A stretch of 57,863 nucleotides of DNA from a virus (taxonomy: Duplodnaviria > Caudoviricetes). The notes beneath the pieces were generated by a model, which was not told the DNA's origin, made no database searches, and saw nothing but the letters and a program-made list of their open reading frames with translations. Position numbers and translations under genes: made by a program. The stretch is from positions 1 through 57,863 of IMG/VR virus record IMGVR_UViG_3300036770_002369; one strand, given 5' to 3'. The first letter of the stretch is position 1, and every line of letters begins with the position of its first letter. Positions 55,801 through 57,863 of this stretch are shown one piece after another.

Positions 55801-55994
55801 TCCTGGGGACGCCGGAGACGACGCGAGAAGGGGTCACGCTGAAGGGGGTCATCAGCCCGACCGGATACGGGGAGGGCTACGCGGCGGCAGACCGCTACAG
55901 GCTCAACGGCAAGCCCATGTTCCTGGGTCAAAGCCGCGAAGTCAGGGATCCTGCGAACGTGACGTTGGCCGTGTACCCAACCCGGCGGAGGTGA
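49812..55994 (+). CDS. Large baseplate/fibre-base virion protein, 2060 aa, paralog of 36338-40012
   Basis: N-terminal FSAVVWQQDAPPLDSEFNL and the shared blocks listed for 36338. Tandem small Ig-like inserts near 54.4-55.0 kb. Confidence 0.8.
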   Translation: MATDFGPGVSRTLNPVWRQFSAVVWQQDAPPLDSEFNLMSQMDWERLRQAVKAAMPSGFIMDPTRALNEYQFNSQWVNQFSLGRPKTGEENPVIWANVNGWILPVAGTDTVEGDLQNIIRLYPPPGTDGRVDLVFLEAWQVRIDPNPSTASKPTASTLYKYGNTKYGGVNLPDDLEDPAIGYETTGRIQVQYRLRVFGSGGGLGAGVAIANHPDGLDDPNILGQGASASPIGGFTWVNMREALGDPSLWRAGDGDPNNALGTVDGYTYAIPVCAVFRRNSNPYVAVTDAGNPNQNGAFLRTPNNAFLPDPLAGCRLLTTATLTSNLSPTATGTVNITGLNGSGLEDPQLVLSSTFLVIDDEIVGVSAVNLIGSTITIPVGGRGRYGTAGVGHPAGTVVRFYNTRPDGLYADQVAMTDILDLRRAVNPGDWDFQRLLQHNVASLAKNQLRSTWKVSGAGDTEGVTVHEVDDLYAGGTTHPNHTDPVDGTDGIRTVFSDAAAIQPEVNLLLDNEATLDATNFTADQFDTTVAWDTGPDFHPIGFMNNGNGTSLAITDSGFSNGSTVLMFIGGANGSEGARGTFRDGSDRAVRFVMPKEYWRANFPEADVNQGNQYPIQLRFIDQRAFEPAPAPMPATEAARHVGPMYPWRDQNFERPFIALGGILNSSLRLSRAVTNLTETGGVFEIDLGINFETAGLTFSKDAEGNFENNPALVSLPLLRAQRTLYGMMTDNGRDQTGASSEVYLVVYGDPDSYQNNGAFKVIGAGRNPSAGGAGFTSNFASNATSVVVQPLSVDCTTFDSATGNSVVIEFRSPYHNAEDTSDFATRVADLAVVLTDIGGLSNTPWARTALGYGETYDLSMPEVTSGPLSRADVPSKLLIDLTLMYHPGRGATARVPDEVVRFSMRGGVTNTIGAYLRQSPAVRDTTFPAASGAPDNEAFWDFAHVSTWNRLPALGWNAPLAPNYGGNVVGFTEMDREHELFLDRGSKTVIFRPFRDRGMTLHSLSFTGGELGSDCLLGPYSYPEVPPVPKDSMVLFTGTSTSGKQMGFAVPREYMPRFGRQDIPYWVDTTNGAGPFLPGINHLFRDSSTLNEPVFNVIGGESNISGGTQVLPLFLATGQPNLYGHSGTIIDPLNNRPFYAARKTTDINPSALYAQGIIDRLNEVQSSDLGHGLQGIQLPPYLGIARLYGVYEASDYVARGGQTFQVNRYTPAANPARNLIREDADQQTLFILQNGAQDLTQAEGDHTYIIPSNVLDLTRIPGYVAGQGFGDFDYVIEATVFGFSRGFIDENNYVLVRRYNGEGRGALGGLENTDGDVIELEDVHMVIPCPAASNDHFYAAYNRTVYQGDPFMTRAGNTLTTSDYEARYGQIPVNAQYALRTPIQQFDANGNFLIQTPNARAFEVLASMDFYTTLGTGKVGGAMFPGTPLDVGFTTPEGASRMPNSATTPPWRVLTRAYTEGQKNNENRARLDLQLLNNGVSLPALNPSLGSSAVVRVTRLDGEAIDLYATTQANYAAYQAAPYNLPASDLFLVDTTSQTATYSATATAPFATVAPGAMATASVTVTGAQVGDVVTVNPSVHTNGVLYQGRVSAANTVQLAAHYTQPDVPFEVLAAGNEVRPMTVNLLGPVAPGATGTGTLTGGDATGVAIGDALVVNVPSTGGWIYPTWAYVDGANNIQFQWHNTTGVPLTPGPTTFNVAIIRESTLAPVNIAGVNFAVQVTRLAGSLNLTAQNLAATINAHPDLTGTITALASDDTRVTIEAVPVGEQGNGIRVSVRHTGAPTTLIQNAIRVLVPYNNARPVGAVVTASYLMGGRDEAVNAGNGTTPLALVGMTERLPLGILLQDSDFLCENPLNDEASAMNSRMSGPRPVQTILPLTTGGEEFDRFLGEPGELVAMADGAILQYVGYTTATPTGTRRFRLYRGGGSAFVLSGTNPGGPVDWVSESFEADLRPVLKGGALVCRAMLVRDFFEEAFPTDVVRSEGDEIQMVIVTYGILGTPETTREGVTLKGVISPTGYGEGYAAADRYRLNGKPMFLGQSREVRDPANVTLAVYPTRRR

Positions 55995-56215
55995 TCGTGC
56001 CCTTCATTCGACGTAGCCAGATTGACCCTAGCGTGCGCCAGCAGTTCGAGGTCGCCCGCAAGGCGCACCTTCGGCAGTCCTTGTTGGACCCGTCTTTGAC
56101 CTCGACTCAGGTGAAGAAGATCCGGGCAGAGATCCAGATGCTTGGAAGGGACCGGGTTTACGACGGCCAGTCGAGTCCGAAGGCGGGAGCCATCCTGTTC
56201 TCGACGACTTCTTGA
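55991..56215 (+). CDS. Small basic hypothetical protein, 74 aa
   Basis: GTGA overlap with the upstream stop, GGAG immediately upstream. Confidence 0.65.
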   Translation: MIVPFIRRSQIDPSVRQQFEVARKAHLRQSLLDPSLTSTQVKKIRAEIQMLGRDRVYDGQSSPKAGAILFSTTS

Positions 56216-56228
56216 GTGTCTTGACCCC

Positions 56229-56245
56229 CGCTAGGCTTTCGATAG
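56229..56245 (+). promoter_or_regulatory. Class II motif CGCTAG-GCTTTC-GATAG with CCCTAAGCGAGAGGA leader
   Basis: 43/44 identical (56222-56265) to the reverse complement of 6267-6310. Confidence 0.7.
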
Positions 56246-56275
56246 CCTTCCCCTAAGCGAGAGGATCTCACTACC

Positions 56276-56812
56276 ATGTCCAATCTACGATCTAAAATCG
56301 TCCGCCTCGCCCATCAGAATCCGGAACTCCGGCCCCACTTGCTTCCCCTGATCAGCCGCACCGCTGCGGGAAAGCATCCCTTGAACCCCGAAGAATCCAT
56401 GATGACCTTCGTCCTGGTACTCGAACAGGACGTTCTCGCGAACTCCGCTGACGAAGGTGATGAACTCGCTATCGAAGTCCAAGAGAATGAGAAAGCCCTC
56501 GAAAGACTAGAGGAAGATGCTCTCAGGAAGCTCTCCTCCATGTTCGGTGTCAAGATTGATAACGAGGGCATGGGACCCCAACACGGTCTGATCTGCAAAT
56601 TCTCCGTGGATTCGTGGAATGACGTGGCCCGAGTGAACAAGGCCATCAATCAGAACCGCATCGGTAGCGGTGACAAGATGGATACTGATGTCCCCTTCTT
56701 TGCCGCCCGGGGTTTCGTCCTCTACCCCGAAGGCATCAACGGACCCCGCTATGGCAAGACTTCTAGGGCAGTCGGTGATCTGGACCAGTGGCTCAGGGAT
56801 AACAAAGAATAA
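56276..56812 (+). CDS. Leader-bearing hypothetical protein, 178 aa
   Basis: N-terminus MSNLRSKIVRLAHQNPELRPHLLPLISRTAA. Has its own promoter motif and RBS AGAGGA. Confidence 0.8.
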   Translation: MSNLRSKIVRLAHQNPELRPHLLPLISRTAAGKHPLNPEESMMTFVLVLEQDVLANSADEGDELAIEVQENEKALERLEEDALRKLSSMFGVKIDNEGMGPQHGLICKFSVDSWNDVARVNKAINQNRIGSGDKMDTDVPFFAARGFVLYPEGINGPRYGKTSRAVGDLDQWLRDNKE

Positions 56813-56820
56813 CCTCTCCC

Positions 56821-56837
56821 CGCTAGGTTCCCGATAG
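56821..56837 (+). promoter_or_regulatory. Class II motif CGCTAG-GTTCCC-GATAG with CCCTAAGCGAGAGGA leader
   Basis: Third copy of the extended promoter/RBS cassette. Confidence 0.7.
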
Positions 56838-56863
56838 CCCTCCCTAAGCGAGAGGACTATCCG

Positions 56864-57649
56864 ATGAACCGAATCGCACGATCCCACCTGATCCGTAAAG
56901 CCGCCTCCCTTCCCGTAGGGCATCCTGAGAGAAGGGCTATTCTTGCTTCTCTGAGCCGTAGGGCTTCCCAGGAAGTCAACGTCCGTGGGGTACACATTCA
57001 AGACAACGCCCAAGTCCTCGATCAAGCACAAGTCTTCGACAACGCTAAGGTCTTCGGCAACGCCAAAGTCTACGGGAACGCCAAGGTCTACGATATAACC
57101 GCCGTCTACCGCAACGCCCAGGTCTACGACTTCGCCAAGATCTACGGCAACGCCCAGGTCTACGACAAAGCCAAGGTTTTCGACCAAGCCGAAATCTATG
57201 ACAAAGCCCAGGTCTACGACAACGCTAAGGTCTTCGAGGGTGCCAAGGTCTACGGCCACGCCGAGATCTATGGCGATTCCCAAATCGGCGGATCCGCCGA
57301 AATCTACGGCGAAGCAAAGGTCTTCGGAAACGCCGAGGTCTCCGGAAAAGCCCAGGTCGGCTACAAAGCCGAAATCAGCGAAGGGGCCAAGGTCCACGGC
57401 AACGCTAAGGTCTCAGGCAAAGTCCAAATCTACGGCGACGCCGAGGTCTACGACGACGCCAAAGTCAGCGAAGGAGCCAAGGTTTTCGGAAAAGCCGAGG
57501 TCTTCGGCGGAGCCAAGGTCTGGGGCAAAGCCGAAATCTACGGCGAAGCCCAGATCGGCGGGACTGCGATTATCCTTGGAGGCAACTGGGATGGATCTGA
57601 AGGCCCGGTCATGTCCGGTAAGTGGAAGGCCCCCGGAGTCCCTTCCTAG
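56864..57649 (+). CDS. Hexapeptide-repeat left-handed beta-helix-type protein with N-terminal leader, paralog B
   Basis: V[YF]G[ND]A[KEQ] repeats. Leader MNRIARSHLIRKAASLPVGHPERRAILASLSRRA and C-terminus WDGSEGPVMSGKWKAPGVP are shared with 5488-6255. Confidence 0.85.
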   Translation: MNRIARSHLIRKAASLPVGHPERRAILASLSRRASQEVNVRGVHIQDNAQVLDQAQVFDNAKVFGNAKVYGNAKVYDITAVYRNAQVYDFAKIYGNAQVYDKAKVFDQAEIYDKAQVYDNAKVFEGAKVYGHAEIYGDSQIGGSAEIYGEAKVFGNAEVSGKAQVGYKAEISEGAKVHGNAKVSGKVQIYGDAEVYDDAKVSEGAKVFGKAEVFGGAKVWGKAEIYGEAQIGGTAIILGGNWDGSEGPVMSGKWKAPGVPS

Positions 57650-57863
57650 TCCCGAACCTCGATCCAAGCCCGACCCCCTACCGCGTCGTACACCCCGATC
57701 ACACCCCCCCGTCGCCCCTCCCGAGTCATCAGTCCTAAAAGACGGTCGCTCTCCGCGATCAACCGAGACCGGACGACGTGGAGAATCCATACGCCCCCCT
57801 CCCGACCGATCACCTGAAAGCCGAAAGAACTGAACCAAGCCTCCCGACCCTCGACCCCCCGAC

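Noticed and set aside
7691-55931. Many long minus-strand ORFs (e.g. 15017-16102, 26596-27615, 38963-40249)
   Set aside because: Antisense shadows of GC3-rich genes, Arg/Gly/Val-biased with no motifs. Only 22319-22768 occupies its own gap with an RBS and promoter.
5488-57649. Composite transposon bounded by inverted repeats
   Set aside because: The inverted elements are paralogous genes and promoters. No transposase, recombinase or target-site duplication is visible.

Overview
GC-rich segment of what is most likely a large (jumbo-type) myophage genome. No terminase, capsid, sheath, tube, integrase, reverse transcriptase, CRISPR array or full tRNA gene is visible in the window. Bases 1-5.5 kb form an early/accessory region of small genes driven by five copies of a strictly spaced promoter-like motif (TGTCGATTGTGGCTAAACC-N12-GGATAG-N7-ATG). 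This region includes an Ocr-like acidic protein and an ECF-like sigma factor fused to a DUF2924/RAMA-like domain. Bases 6.3-56.2 kb are an almost uninterrupted baseplate/tail-fibre module of very large proteins (up to 3753 aa; gp25-like, baseplate J-like, tail-I-like, LamG/Ig fibre, beta-helix tailspike), punctuated by a second 17-bp motif (CGNT-N8-KATMS). The module is bracketed by two outward-facing paralogous hexapeptide-repeat genes. The most striking observation is a split FGE-sulfatase/C-type-lectin-fold locus at 2448-3491. A scaffold gene stops just before the RGGSW...GxR ligand-binding segment and is followed by three translationally coupled mini-ORFs, two of them below the ORF-track size cut-off. 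Each mini-ORF encodes a different version of that missing segment, which suggests a scaffold-plus-interchangeable-peptide diversification system. A second notable signal is a shared N-terminal leader (RSxI/LI/VRxA...PExR..LL....R/KxA) on four proteins with three unrelated cargo types, a candidate capsid-targeting propeptide. All family assignments come from motif recognition by eye, not from database searches.
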